From NCBI GenBank assembly GCA_040879805.1, contig JBBDJP010000001.1, forward strand, positions 66,173 to 130,172: DNA of 64,000 bases, read 5' to 3'. This stretch comes from Candidatus Pacearchaeota archaeon (GTDB taxonomy: Archaea > Nanobdellota > Nanobdellia > Pacearchaeales > GW2011-AR1). The notes under the pieces are model-generated. The model was given only the letters and a program-made list of their open reading frames with translations, did no database searches and had not been told where the DNA came from. Shown here in pieces: positions 29,624-39,282 of this stretch. The position numbers and the translations under genes were made by a program. The stretch's first letter is position 1, and each line of letters begins with the position of its first letter.

Positions 29624-29962
29624 CTAATGAAGATATTCTTGAACAAACTCATAAAGAGGATTTTTTAAAGATTCTCCCAAACGCTGAGCAAAAATTTGAT
29701 CTTTTGAAAGAGGTGAAAAAAGAACACAATCTCCTCTTTGATAATCTGAATAATTATTTAGCTGTCTTTTAACTTTTTTCATTAAAACAGAAGAAGGTGA
29801 TGTTTTGACTTCTCCATTAATTTGTATCTCTCCTTTTATTGCAACAATATCTATTGAACCTTTACCTCTTGGTAAAGAAACTTCATTTAAAACATTAAAT
29901 CCTTGTTCAATAAAAAAATCAGAGATTTCTTTAACTAATTTTGAATGGTTTTCTTCTGTCAT
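29624..29962 (-). CDS. Small PD-(D/E)xK nuclease-fold protein (Hjc/archaeal endonuclease-like).
   Basis: LVKEISDFFIEQGFNVLNEVSLPRGKGSIDIVAIKGEIQINGEVKTS matches the Hjc-type pattern (GF-V....G.G..DIVA.K......IEVK). 112 aa. Confidence 0.4.
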   Translation of the reverse strand: MTEENHSKLVKEISDFFIEQGFNVLNEVSLPRGKGSIDIVAIKGEIQINGEVKTSPSSVLMKKVKRQLNNYSDYQRGDCVLFSPLSKDQIFAQRLGESLKNPLYEFVQEYLH

Positions 29963-30030
29963 GATTATTAATTTCTTTCCTTAAAATAAACTCAATTGTA
30001 TTTCATCTCATCGAATGTCTTTTTATTTTT

Positions 30031-30837
30031 TTACTTTATTGAACAGACTACTTTATCTAGAGAATCATTTAATTTTCCTGCCATAAATGTATAAAATCCT
30101 TGCTCGCCGCCTGTTGAACCATTACATATTTCTCCACTAGACTTCAATCTTTTCCAATCATAAACTGCTTTATCAAGAAAATCAAAATAAGTGTATCTCT
30201 CTCCAGAATTGATTATTGGTGTAGGAATTCCATTAAAATCCAAAATAATATCTTGAAGTGTTCTTGAAGTTCTTCCATTTCCATCCTGAAAAGGATGAAT
30301 TCTTACGAGATGTAAATGTGCAAAAAAGGATGCAAGTATTTGACTAATTTTGTCAGGATATTTTAGTTTTTTATTTAATGAATCTACAAACCAAGGCATC
30401 TCTTTCTCTCTAACCTTATAGGGGTCTGGAGGTGTTGTAGTTGCTCCAAGAATCCTAGTTCCAGAATCTCGGTAATTTGCCAAACTTTCACTGTAAATTT
30501 CAGGAGTTATTCTAATAGATAATTCTTTGATAAAATCCTCATTTACCTCTCCTTTAAAAAATTTTTTCCCCCAATTAAATGCATTTTCTATATTTTCAAC
30601 ACCTTCTTTAATTGTTTGTTTATTACAATTTCGAGGAATAGAATAACTTGATCCTGAATTGGGATATTCTATCCTAAATGACTGATATTGGGCTGCTTTG
30701 AGAATTTTATTATCTAATATCTTTCCTTTTTTTAGAATTGATTCTGGAGACATCCTTCTTTCTAAATAATTTAACTTTCTAGATATCTCTCCCAATAAAC
30801 CTTTTTCAACATATTTCATAATAAAAAGACTATTCAA
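30031..30837 (-). CDS. Fic/Doc-family protein (AMPylase-type Fic motif).
   Basis: Canonical Fic motif HPFQDGNGRTSR. Confidence 0.85.
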   Translation of the reverse strand: MNSLFIMKYVEKGLLGEISRKLNYLERRMSPESILKKGKILDNKILKAAQYQSFRIEYPNSGSSYSIPRNCNKQTIKEGVENIENAFNWGKKFFKGEVNEDFIKELSIRITPEIYSESLANYRDSGTRILGATTTPPDPYKVREKEMPWFVDSLNKKLKYPDKISQILASFFAHLHLVRIHPFQDGNGRTSRTLQDIILDFNGIPTPIINSGERYTYFDFLDKAVYDWKRLKSSGEICNGSTGGEQGFYTFMAGKLNDSLDKVVCSIK

Positions 30838-30882
30838 ACATTTTTAAACCTTTCTCTTTTGTAACTCCTTTTAAGTCATAAA

Positions 30883-32154
30883 TTACTTCTCAAGCCTATT
30901 TGAAAGTTCTCCAGAAATATTTTGAATCATTTTTTCTTTAACCTTTTCAGGATTTTTTATCCATTTTTTATGTGCCAAAACCCATCCAAGTTTTACTAAA
31001 GCTGTTTCTGAAAGCATGTCTTCAAGAAAAATAACTTCTGATTCAAGAAGTTTCCTCCCACTTGAATAAACAAACGGATCTAGCCTGCCATAAATTGTTT
31101 GTGCGGTTGCGCAAAAGAAAATTCCTTTTTTTGCAACCTCTTTAATTTTCTTTATCCATTTTTTTGAAGGAACATGACCAAGACCAAAGACTTCAAGAAC
31201 AATTCCTTTATACTTTTTTTTAACATAATAATCTAGAATATCTGGATTTTGACCAGGATAAACTTTTACTAAAGCAACTTTTTTTTCAAATTTTAAATCA
31301 ATTTTTGTTTTTCCTTTATTTCTAATATTATAATCTGAAATAACATTTACCCTATCTGTATACACTTCTGCAAAAGGTTTACCATTAACAACCTTAAAAG
31401 CATCTCTCTTTGAACTGTGAAGCTTCCTAGTTTTTGTTCCAGGTAAGGCATTGCAATAATCATCATTTGTTGTTGCATGGCCTACAATCATGACTTCTGC
31501 TATATCAGATATTGCGGCAAGTGCAGAACATTGAAGATTCAAATTTGCATCTGAAGATGCTCTATCAATACTTCTCTGGCTATATGTTAAAACAACTGGT
31601 TTTTTTAAATCTCTTAAAAAAAATGAAAGAGCTGCAGAGGTATAATGTAGAGTATCAGTTCCATGAGTTATTATAATTCCTTTAATATTAGGATCATTCA
31701 AAAGATTTTCAGCTGAACGGGCAATTTTCTTCCAATCAGAAGGACCCATATCTTCAGAAGGTTTCATGAAAGGAACTTTGACTTTGACTACATTAACTTT
31801 CTCAAACATCTTTGGATAAAATTTGAAAAGATCTTTAGGTTCAGTCATAGGATCAACGCCCCCAGTCTTAGAATCATATTTTGAAGCAATAGTCCCTCCT
31901 GTAATTATCATTGCAATATTTGGTTTTTTAGAATCTTTTTTTACTTCAAAATCTTTCTTTTCAGAAGATATTTTTTTTAAAAATTTTATATCTAGAATTT
32001 TTTTTCTATCAAAACCAATATTGTAACCTGAGTCAAGCTTAAGTAAAATTATCCCTTTTTCAGATTTGGGAACTTCTAAAAGGACTCCTTTATAGTTTCT
32101 CTTAACCAAAGAAATTTCAACATAATCTCCAGGAGAGGGTTTTCTTGATTTCAT
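30883..32154 (-). CDS. gatD: Glu-tRNA(Gln) amidotransferase subunit D (GatD, asparaginase-like).
   Basis: N-terminal GatD-specific domain followed by an L-asparaginase fold (IMIITGGTIAS...ITHGTDTL). Confidence 0.8.
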   Translation of the reverse strand: MKSRKPSPGDYVEISLVKRNYKGVLLEVPKSEKGIILLKLDSGYNIGFDRKKILDIKFLKKISSEKKDFEVKKDSKKPNIAMIITGGTIASKYDSKTGGVDPMTEPKDLFKFYPKMFEKVNVVKVKVPFMKPSEDMGPSDWKKIARSAENLLNDPNIKGIIITHGTDTLHYTSAALSFFLRDLKKPVVLTYSQRSIDRASSDANLNLQCSALAAISDIAEVMIVGHATTNDDYCNALPGTKTRKLHSSKRDAFKVVNGKPFAEVYTDRVNVISDYNIRNKGKTKIDLKFEKKVALVKVYPGQNPDILDYYVKKKYKGIVLEVFGLGHVPSKKWIKKIKEVAKKGIFFCATAQTIYGRLDPFVYSSGRKLLESEVIFLEDMLSETALVKLGWVLAHKKWIKNPEKVKEKMIQNISGELSNRLEK

Positions 32155-32195
32155 GCATAAAAGACATAACAGACATATAAAAAGTTATTGTGAAA

Positions 32196-32267
32196 TGGGT
32201 CTGCCAGGACTCGAACCTGGATCAACGGGGCCGAAACCCGTCATTCTATCCATTGAACTACAGACCC
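32196..32267 (-). tRNA. tRNA-Arg (anticodon UCG).
   Basis: Manual fold of the reverse complement: acceptor GGGUCUG/CAGACCC, anticodon stem ACGGG/CCCGU with loop UUUCGGC, T-arm CCAGG-UUCGAGU-CCUGG, discriminator A. Confidence 0.8.
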
Positions 32268-32328
32268 TACAAAATTAACAAAAAGAAACAATAAAAAGGT
32301 TTTTATTTGTTATTATGTAAGATTAATC

Positions 32329-33171
32329 ATGCCTCTGAAAAGACACCATAAGTGGGTGATTGGAAGTTTTAGTTCTTTTGTTGTAGTTGCCCTTATAGTT
32401 CTTGCAATATTGCTAAATGGACTTATTGTTAAACAAAACACCGATTACAACAATTTAAATGATAAAATAGATGAACTTCAATCAAATATACAAAGTCAGA
32501 TAAATTTATTGTCAGAATCTATCTCAGACACTCAAATAGGTCTTGAGGAAAGCCAACAAGAGCTAAGTGTTTTGAAAGCTTCAATAGGAGAAGATTTTTC
32601 AGGAATATATTCTAATTCTGTTGAGTCTGTTGTCATAGTTTCAACAAACACTGGGCAAGGAACAGGATTCATAATTAATGAGAAAGGATACATTGTCACA
32701 AATAACCATGTTTTGAAAGGTGCAACCAGGGCAGGAATTTATGATTCTGAAGGCAATCTTTATGATGTATCTCTAATTGGAAATGATGAGTTCATGGACA
32801 TTGCACTCTTAAAAATTAACGGAAATTTTGAAAAACTAGAATTAGGAGATTCAGATAATGTCAATGTAGGCGAAAAAGTAATTGCAATAGGAAATCCTTA
32901 CGGACTGGTATTTTCCGCAACAGTTGGTTCTGTCTCTTCAGTGCACCGTGAGGGGCCAAATGGAATATTTGCATATACTCAAATTGATGCTGCAGTAAAT
33001 CCCGGTAACTCTGGAGGACCATTAATTAACAATAATGGAGAAGTTATAGGGGTCGTAAATTTTAAAATAAGTGGGGAGGCAGAAGGACTTGGGTTTGCTC
33101 TAGAATCAAATTATGTTAAAGACACAATTAATGAAATCTATAGAAATTATGCAAACGAGACCTTAATTTAA
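32329..33171 (+). CDS. Membrane-anchored trypsin-like (S1C/HtrA-like) serine protease without a PDZ domain.
   Basis: N-terminal TM, then coiled coil. Catalytic triad context TNNHV (His), D, and GNSGGPLIN (Ser). Confidence 0.8.
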   Translation: MPLKRHHKWVIGSFSSFVVVALIVLAILLNGLIVKQNTDYNNLNDKIDELQSNIQSQINLLSESISDTQIGLEESQQELSVLKASIGEDFSGIYSNSVESVVIVSTNTGQGTGFIINEKGYIVTNNHVLKGATRAGIYDSEGNLYDVSLIGNDEFMDIALLKINGNFEKLELGDSDNVNVGEKVIAIGNPYGLVFSATVGSVSSVHREGPNGIFAYTQIDAAVNPGNSGGPLINNNGEVIGVVNFKISGEAEGLGFALESNYVKDTINEIYRNYANETLI

Positions 33172-33196
33172 TAAACTAAAAAATCCAACTAAATAA

Positions 33197-34621
33197 ATGG
33201 CAAAAAACAAAGAAGGATTGACTGTAAAAAAATCAGAAGATATTTCTGAGTGGTACACTGAGATAATCCAAAAAGCAGAACTTGCAGATTATGCTCCTGT
33301 AAAGGGTTTTATGATAATAAGACCTAATGCATATTCAATTTGGGAAAAGATTCAAAAATATTTTAATGATGTTTTAAAAAAACTCGAAGTAAAAAATGCA
33401 TATTTCCCTCTACTAATTCCAGAATCATTTTTCAAAAAAGAGGCAGAACATGCTAAAGGTTTTTCTCCTGAATTAGCTTACATAAAAAACTCTGGAAAGG
33501 GAGAAAAACTGGCACTGAGACCAACCTCTGAGACTATCATATATGATTCCTATTCAAAATGGATCAGATCGCACAGAGACCTTCCCTTAAAAATTAATCA
33601 GTGGTGTAATGTAATAAGATGGGAGGTTAAACAAACAAAACCTTTCTTAAGAACCCGTGAATTCTTATGGCAAGAGGGACATAATGTTTTTGAAACAGAG
33701 AAAGAAGCAGAGAAAGATATGACAAAAATGATTCATGAATACAAAAAATTACTTGAAACGCAACTTGCAATTCCAGTTCTTACAGGATTAAAATCAAATT
33801 CTGAAACTTTTGCAGGAGCAAAAAAAACAATGACTATTGAAGCTTTAATGCCTGATGGAAAATGCCTACAATGTGGAACTTCTCACAATCTTGGACAGAA
33901 TTTTTCAAAATCATTTAAAGTTTCCTTCAAAAATGAAAATGAAGAGGACCAATATGCTTGGCAAACCTCTTGGGGATTCTCAACGCGACTTATAGGTGCC
34001 TTGATAATGATTCATGGAGACGACAAAGGTCTTGTCTTACCACCAAAAGTTGCAGAAAATAAAATTGTGGTAGTTCCAATTTTATTTGAAAAAACAAAAT
34101 CTAAAACTTTGAAAAAAGCTAAAGAAATTTCAAAGAAACTTAAAAAATTCAATCCTTTTTTAGATGATCGAGAAGAATATTCTCCAGGATGGAAATTTAA
34201 TGAGTGGGAATTGAAAGGTATACCTTTAAGGATAGAAATTGGTCCAAAAGACATTGCAAATAAACAAGTAGTTGTTGTTAGGAGAGATACTGGAACAAAG
34301 GAAATTGTAAAAGAAAGAAACTTAAAAAATAAAATTCCTGAAATTTTAGAAGAAATACAAAAATCACTTTTTAAAAAAGCTAAAAAATTCCTTGATGAAA
34401 ATATAGTTGAAGCAAATTCCATTAAAGAATTAAAATCAAAAATAAAAGAAGGAAAAATTGTGAAAGCTTACTTTTCAAACAATAAAGAAACGGAAAAATT
34501 GATCAAAGACTTTACTGATGGGGCCACTTCAAGAATTGTTAAAGAATCTACAAAATTAGGTAAATGTATTCAAACAGGTAAAAAAACAAATACTTTAGGA
34601 TATTTTGCTAAAAGCTACTAG
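33197..34621 (+). CDS. proS: Prolyl-tRNA synthetase (archaeal/eukaryal type).
   Basis: Class II motifs and the archaeal ProRS C-terminal domain ending in ...GYFAKSY. Confidence 0.9.
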   Translation: MAKNKEGLTVKKSEDISEWYTEIIQKAELADYAPVKGFMIIRPNAYSIWEKIQKYFNDVLKKLEVKNAYFPLLIPESFFKKEAEHAKGFSPELAYIKNSGKGEKLALRPTSETIIYDSYSKWIRSHRDLPLKINQWCNVIRWEVKQTKPFLRTREFLWQEGHNVFETEKEAEKDMTKMIHEYKKLLETQLAIPVLTGLKSNSETFAGAKKTMTIEALMPDGKCLQCGTSHNLGQNFSKSFKVSFKNENEEDQYAWQTSWGFSTRLIGALIMIHGDDKGLVLPPKVAENKIVVVPILFEKTKSKTLKKAKEISKKLKKFNPFLDDREEYSPGWKFNEWELKGIPLRIEIGPKDIANKQVVVVRRDTGTKEIVKERNLKNKIPEILEEIQKSLFKKAKKFLDENIVEANSIKELKSKIKEGKIVKAYFSNNKETEKLIKDFTDGATSRIVKESTKLGKCIQTGKKTNTLGYFAKSY

Positions 34622-35076
34622 AATAGCATATGCTCAACTAAATGAACTTAATTTAAAATGCAAATTTTATCAATCTTTTTGTCTGATTGCAAGTTCAAGT
34701 TCATATTCAAGATTCAAGGTGATTTCCACAAGTGAACTAAGTTCTCTTTCCACCTCTATTCTCTCTTCATGTTCCAAAGGGATTTCTGTTATGCTCTCCA
34801 TTTTTGAAAACCCAACTTAAAACAAAATTCTTCCGAAACTTAAACTAATTAGAATAATCTCAATTCAATCCAAGTTTCGGGAAAAATTACTTGAATTAAA
34901 TTGAGTAAGTTTTAATTTTTATGAATGCCAGCTTAACTGAGACCATATTAGGCAAACTCCAACATCTATTCATATTCCTAAAGTTGTCTTCTAAACTTCC
35001 AGCATTCATAACGACTTGAAGAAAAAACTCTTTTTATATATTTCTATTCTAAGTAATCATTTTTGAGTGAACAATT

Positions 35077-36132
35077 CTATCTCTTAGATGATTTAAGAAT
35101 AGATTCAATATTTTCTTTGAATCTCTCAATATCTTTTGCTTTTATTTGTCCCCCAACAGCATCTTCATGGCCTCCCCCTCTAGCACCTTCAATACCTTCA
35201 ATTGCCTTGACAAGAACATTCCTACACTTTTTTCCCCTCATAGAAATATTCCCTTTAATTCCTTTAACATATATTACTGCTATAATCTTTTTAGGGAAAA
35301 AATAGCTCAACTTGTTCGATAAATCTCCACTCATACTCATATCTCCACCATATTTAAAAAAAATAAATTTTTTATTCTCTCTTCCAATTGAAATTGCCTT
35401 ATCAAAAATTTTCTGAAACTTCAAATCTATCACTTTAAATCTTTCATGCATTGTATGGTTCTTTGTATTTTCTTCAAGAGCGTCATAAGGATTTTTTGCA
35501 TCAATTAAGAATCTTATCATATTCATTACATTAGTTGTTCTATCTTTTAGACCAAATCCAATCATTCTTGCAATTTTTCCAATTTGAGATTTATAAAATA
35601 TATCTAATGGGTCTTTTGATTTAACAACAAGGTCGGGATATTTCTTTTCAAAATTTTCATAGAAATCTGGGACAAACTTATCTGAGATACATCCTGCAAC
35701 CGCAATCCACATATCTTCCTTTCTTCCTGAAATTTGATAACATAATGCAGTAACAGGTTCTTCTTTTTTTGGTTTGTTAAAAATAGGATTATAATAATTG
35801 ACAAAAGAGGGAACTAAGTTTTTATCAATCTCATGATGATCTATCCAAACAATTGGAATGTTGATCTTTTCAGCCTCTTCAAAGAATTTTTCAGAAACAA
35901 CTGGTTTATCTAAAATGAAAATATAGTCTGAATTGAATTCACTTGCTTTTGATAGATAATCTTTAGACAAATCTGGAAAGGATTTAATTGGAACTCCCTT
36001 CCCCCTACCTATATATTTACGAAGTAAAAGGAAAGAACATAAACCGTCTTGATCATTATCAAAAAGAAAAAGGGGGTTTTGAGCCTTACTCAAATGTTCC
36101 TTAATCTCCTGGACTTCTTTTTTTGTGAGCAT
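35077..36132 (-). CDS. DHH-DHHA1 phosphoesterase (NrnA/stand-alone DHH-type).
   Basis: DHH motifs DNDQDG, IDHH. DHHA1 GGGH motif (GGGHEDAVGG) at the C-terminus. Confidence 0.75.
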   Translation of the reverse strand: MLTKKEVQEIKEHLSKAQNPLFLFDNDQDGLCSFLLLRKYIGRGKGVPIKSFPDLSKDYLSKASEFNSDYIFILDKPVVSEKFFEEAEKINIPIVWIDHHEIDKNLVPSFVNYYNPIFNKPKKEEPVTALCYQISGRKEDMWIAVAGCISDKFVPDFYENFEKKYPDLVVKSKDPLDIFYKSQIGKIARMIGFGLKDRTTNVMNMIRFLIDAKNPYDALEENTKNHTMHERFKVIDLKFQKIFDKAISIGRENKKFIFFKYGGDMSMSGDLSNKLSYFFPKKIIAVIYVKGIKGNISMRGKKCRNVLVKAIEGIEGARGGGHEDAVGGQIKAKDIERFKENIESILKSSKR

Positions 36133-36167
36133 TTAATAAAGGATTCAGAGAAGTATTTAAGTTTAAT

Positions 36168-37289
36168 CTAAATTTTCTTTCCCATCAGAATTTTTTCTTT
36201 TAGATTTTTTAGGCTCTTTAAAAGTGAATCAACAAAATTTTCATTCTTAAAAACAGATTTCAAATCTTCTTTATCCAAATTAAAAATATTATCTAATGTT
36301 TTGAATTTTTCTAGAAGAATTTTTATATCTTTTTCAAGTATGTTGGTTTTATTGAGGATTCTCATACCTCTAGGAGAAACAGAACTATCATGGAGCTCGT
36401 CAAAAAGAACTCGCAAAACATTTGAAGTTTCAACAAGAAAATCAAAATTCATATTATTTAAAGTTTCATTTACTTTTAGATGATCTTCACCAAAATAATC
36501 TCTCAAAATTGATTTTCTTTCGTTAGATAAATTTTTAGTAAGTTCCTTTAATCTCATACTCACAATAGTTCCTTCTTTACCTAGTTCAGACAGGTACTCT
36601 TTAACTTTCTCAGATATTCTTCTTATCATTTCAAGAGTTTGAAGAACATTACAAACATCACTCATAGTAGTCAAATTGGTTATTTCAAGTATGTTTAAAT
36701 GTGACGAAAGGTCATTAAAAACTTCTTTCTGTTTCTCCAGAATCTGTAAAGTTTCAGCAGCCCTCCTCAAAATTTCAGAAGTTTCTTCAAGATAATAATT
36801 TTCATCTTTAAAATAAAGGGTTATTTTGTTCTTTCTTTCTGAAACTGCAACTGAAATAGTATCAAATTGTTTAGCTGTCCTCTCCGCTGCCTTGTGCCTT
36901 GTCCCAGTTTCACTAGTCTTTATCTTCATATCTGGTGCCAAAAGCGTGTTCGCATAAAGAATTTTTTTCATATCTTCTGAGATTATTATTGCTCCATCCA
37001 TTTTAGCAAGCTCCACAAGTTTCTGGGAACTAAATTTTGAATTAATTTTAAATCCTCCTTCAACAATATCTAAAAGACCCTCTTTTTTTATAACAATCAA
37101 CGCCCCCATCCTTGCCCTGAGTATATCATCAAGCGCAACTCTTATCGAGGATCCTGGGGAAAAAAACTTTAAGACATCAAAAATATTTTTTTCACGTGAC
37201 ACTTCTGCAGATTCACTTAATTTCTCCTTTGATTTTTGATTTGTATCTTTTTTTCTTAGAACAACTTCTTGACTAGATTTCTTTGTCAT
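36168..37289 (-). CDS. disA: DisA-like diadenylate cyclase (DAC domain, helical linker and C-terminal domain).
   Basis: DAC motifs DGAIII and GTRHKAAERT (RHR-type). Three-domain length of 373 aa. Confidence 0.7.
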   Translation of the reverse strand: MTKKSSQEVVLRKKDTNQKSKEKLSESAEVSREKNIFDVLKFFSPGSSIRVALDDILRARMGALIVIKKEGLLDIVEGGFKINSKFSSQKLVELAKMDGAIIISEDMKKILYANTLLAPDMKIKTSETGTRHKAAERTAKQFDTISVAVSERKNKITLYFKDENYYLEETSEILRRAAETLQILEKQKEVFNDLSSHLNILEITNLTTMSDVCNVLQTLEMIRRISEKVKEYLSELGKEGTIVSMRLKELTKNLSNERKSILRDYFGEDHLKVNETLNNMNFDFLVETSNVLRVLFDELHDSSVSPRGMRILNKTNILEKDIKILLEKFKTLDNIFNLDKEDLKSVFKNENFVDSLLKSLKNLKEKILMGKKI

Positions 37290-37341
37290 AAAAAATTAAA
37301 TAGATTGGAATATATAAATATTTATGAAAAATTTAGAAATA

Positions 37342-38334
37342 TTATCTTTTTTTCGCGAAAGTTTTTGCCACAATTAATGGAAACAATATAGTCGCATCTC
37401 CATGAACTTTTATTGATTCGGAATTTTTACTCTTGACTTTACCCCATGAAACTGCCTCATCAGGTCTGGCATTGGAATCTGCGCCATCCCATTCTTCACC
37501 AGAATTTATGTAAACCGCATAATCTGCACCGTTCCTCATCATATTTGCATTACAAATATGATGCTTCATGATTCCAGAGCCAAGAAGGATAATCCCTGTT
37601 TTCTTTCTTGTTATAGTATATTCATTTAATTTATGTATATCTCCTACTATATCAAGTTTAAAATCAGGATTCTTATACATAAAAAAATGGATCATGTCTC
37701 CAGTACTCCCATCAGTAATTGCAGGACAATAAACATCTATATCATTTTTCCAACACCAATACAAAATACTTTCCTCATTGTCAATTTTCTTACCAAGAAT
37801 TTTCACAAATTCGGATACAGAGATTATTTTTCCGTTTTCTTTCTGATCTTTATTAATTATCTCTAAAAGAGGATTCATAAATTCTTCATATTTTATATAT
37901 CTTGAATTCGGAACAAAAATATTTCCAGTTCTATTTATTCCTTTAGATCTAAGAAGCTCTCCCGAAGCAGAAAATTTACCTATTTTAAAATCACCAAGAC
38001 ATTTTATTATATCTTCTTCTATACCTCCTGCAGTTGTTACAAAAACATCAATCATTTTGTTCTTTGCAAGATACCTAACAATATCTCTTACACCTGAAGT
38101 AATCAAATTTGAGCTGCAACCCAGAAAAACAGTTACTTTTTCTTTAATCATTTTTTCTATGATCTTTACCGCCTTTCCAAAATGACTTGCCTGGAAACCT
38201 GTTGATAAATAACTATCCAAAATTTTCTCATAATTAACTCCTTTATCAAAATCATAACCTTTTACTGAAATTCCTTCTACTTCTTTAGATTCCTTAAATA
38301 TGCTCTCTCTCGAAATTTTTTCCGATTCTTTCAT
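37342..38334 (-). CDS. dys: Deoxyhypusine synthase.
   Basis: Conserved DHS core (ITSGVRDIVRYLAKNKMIDVFVTTAGGIEEDIIKC, GDMIHF...). Confidence 0.85.
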   Translation of the reverse strand: MKESEKISRESIFKESKEVEGISVKGYDFDKGVNYEKILDSYLSTGFQASHFGKAVKIIEKMIKEKVTVFLGCSSNLITSGVRDIVRYLAKNKMIDVFVTTAGGIEEDIIKCLGDFKIGKFSASGELLRSKGINRTGNIFVPNSRYIKYEEFMNPLLEIINKDQKENGKIISVSEFVKILGKKIDNEESILYWCWKNDIDVYCPAITDGSTGDMIHFFMYKNPDFKLDIVGDIHKLNEYTITRKKTGIILLGSGIMKHHICNANMMRNGADYAVYINSGEEWDGADSNARPDEAVSWGKVKSKNSESIKVHGDATILFPLIVAKTFAKKR

Positions 38335-38452
38335 TAAAATAAAACAAAAACATGTCTTTTAAGCTTAACTACTCCACCACAAAAATCTTTTTAAATGTAA
38401 AAGTATACTAAAATATATGGTTAAAGATATCATAGCTGACTAAAATTTTAAA

Positions 38453-38668
38453 ATGAATAAATGGATTGAACTTATACTTGGGCTTATACTTTTGGTAGGA
38501 ATAATTTTAGTAGGATGGGCTTCCTCAGCATATTCTTGGACAATATTTGGAAAAGACCTGAATTTTCTACATTCTGCATGGATATTTCTTAAGGGAGGAA
38601 TTTTCTGGCTTGTTGCCATGATTGCAATTCTACTAATAATTCTTGGAATAAGTGATCTAAAAGAGTGA
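38453..38668 (+). CDS. Small 2-TM membrane protein, hypothetical.
   Basis: 71-aa hydrophobic ORF. Confidence 0.25.
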   Translation: MNKWIELILGLILLVGIILVGWASSAYSWTIFGKDLNFLHSAWIFLKGGIFWLVAMIAILLIILGISDLKE

Positions 38669-38670
38669 TA

Positions 38671-39270
38671 TTATCTAGATAAAAAAATTAGGCTTCCCTC
38701 TATAATTGCTGCAATAATAAGGAGGGGTAAAACAACTAAAAAGAAAACTCTTAACGAATTCAGAATATAATTTTTAAATGTGTTTACTTTGTCTTTTTCA
38801 AAAATAAAAGTTCCTAATTTTAATCCAAGTCCAAGTGATATGAATAATGCAGGTAATTCGAAAATTCCATGAGGAACTAAATTCCATAAAGTCAAAAAGC
38901 CTGCCATTTCTACAGATTTAGCTGCCACATAACCAACAAGATATCCATTTATAACTGTGGAAATAAAAGGAAAGATACCAAAAAACAACCCAAAGATTAA
39001 TCCAAAAAAACTAGCCTGGATATTATTCAAAAAAATAAATTTTACAAGTTCGCTTTGAGACATTCCTTCAGTACTTAAAATTAATTCTTCAATAAAAATC
39101 AAAATTTTTTCTTCTAAAACAAGAGGGGCAGGAACCAAAGATCCAACCAATATAAAAAGAAAAAAGATTCCAATAATAGTATAAATAAAATTTTTAGATT
39201 CGTTCAAAAATCTAAAACATTCAAAATAATTTGTTATTAGGAAGTTCTTGTTAGTTTTTCTCATAAACAA
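38671..39270 (-). CDS. SpoIIM/DUF95-family membrane protein.
   Basis: HGIFELPALFISLGLGLKLG motif typical of DUF95. Confidence 0.55.
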   Translation of the reverse strand: MFMRKTNKNFLITNYFECFRFLNESKNFIYTIIGIFFLFILVGSLVPAPLVLEEKILIFIEELILSTEGMSQSELVKFIFLNNIQASFFGLIFGLFFGIFPFISTVINGYLVGYVAAKSVEMAGFLTLWNLVPHGIFELPALFISLGLGLKLGTFIFEKDKVNTFKNYILNSLRVFFLVVLPLLIIAAIIEGSLIFLSR

Positions 39271-39282
39271 CCTAAATTTTTT

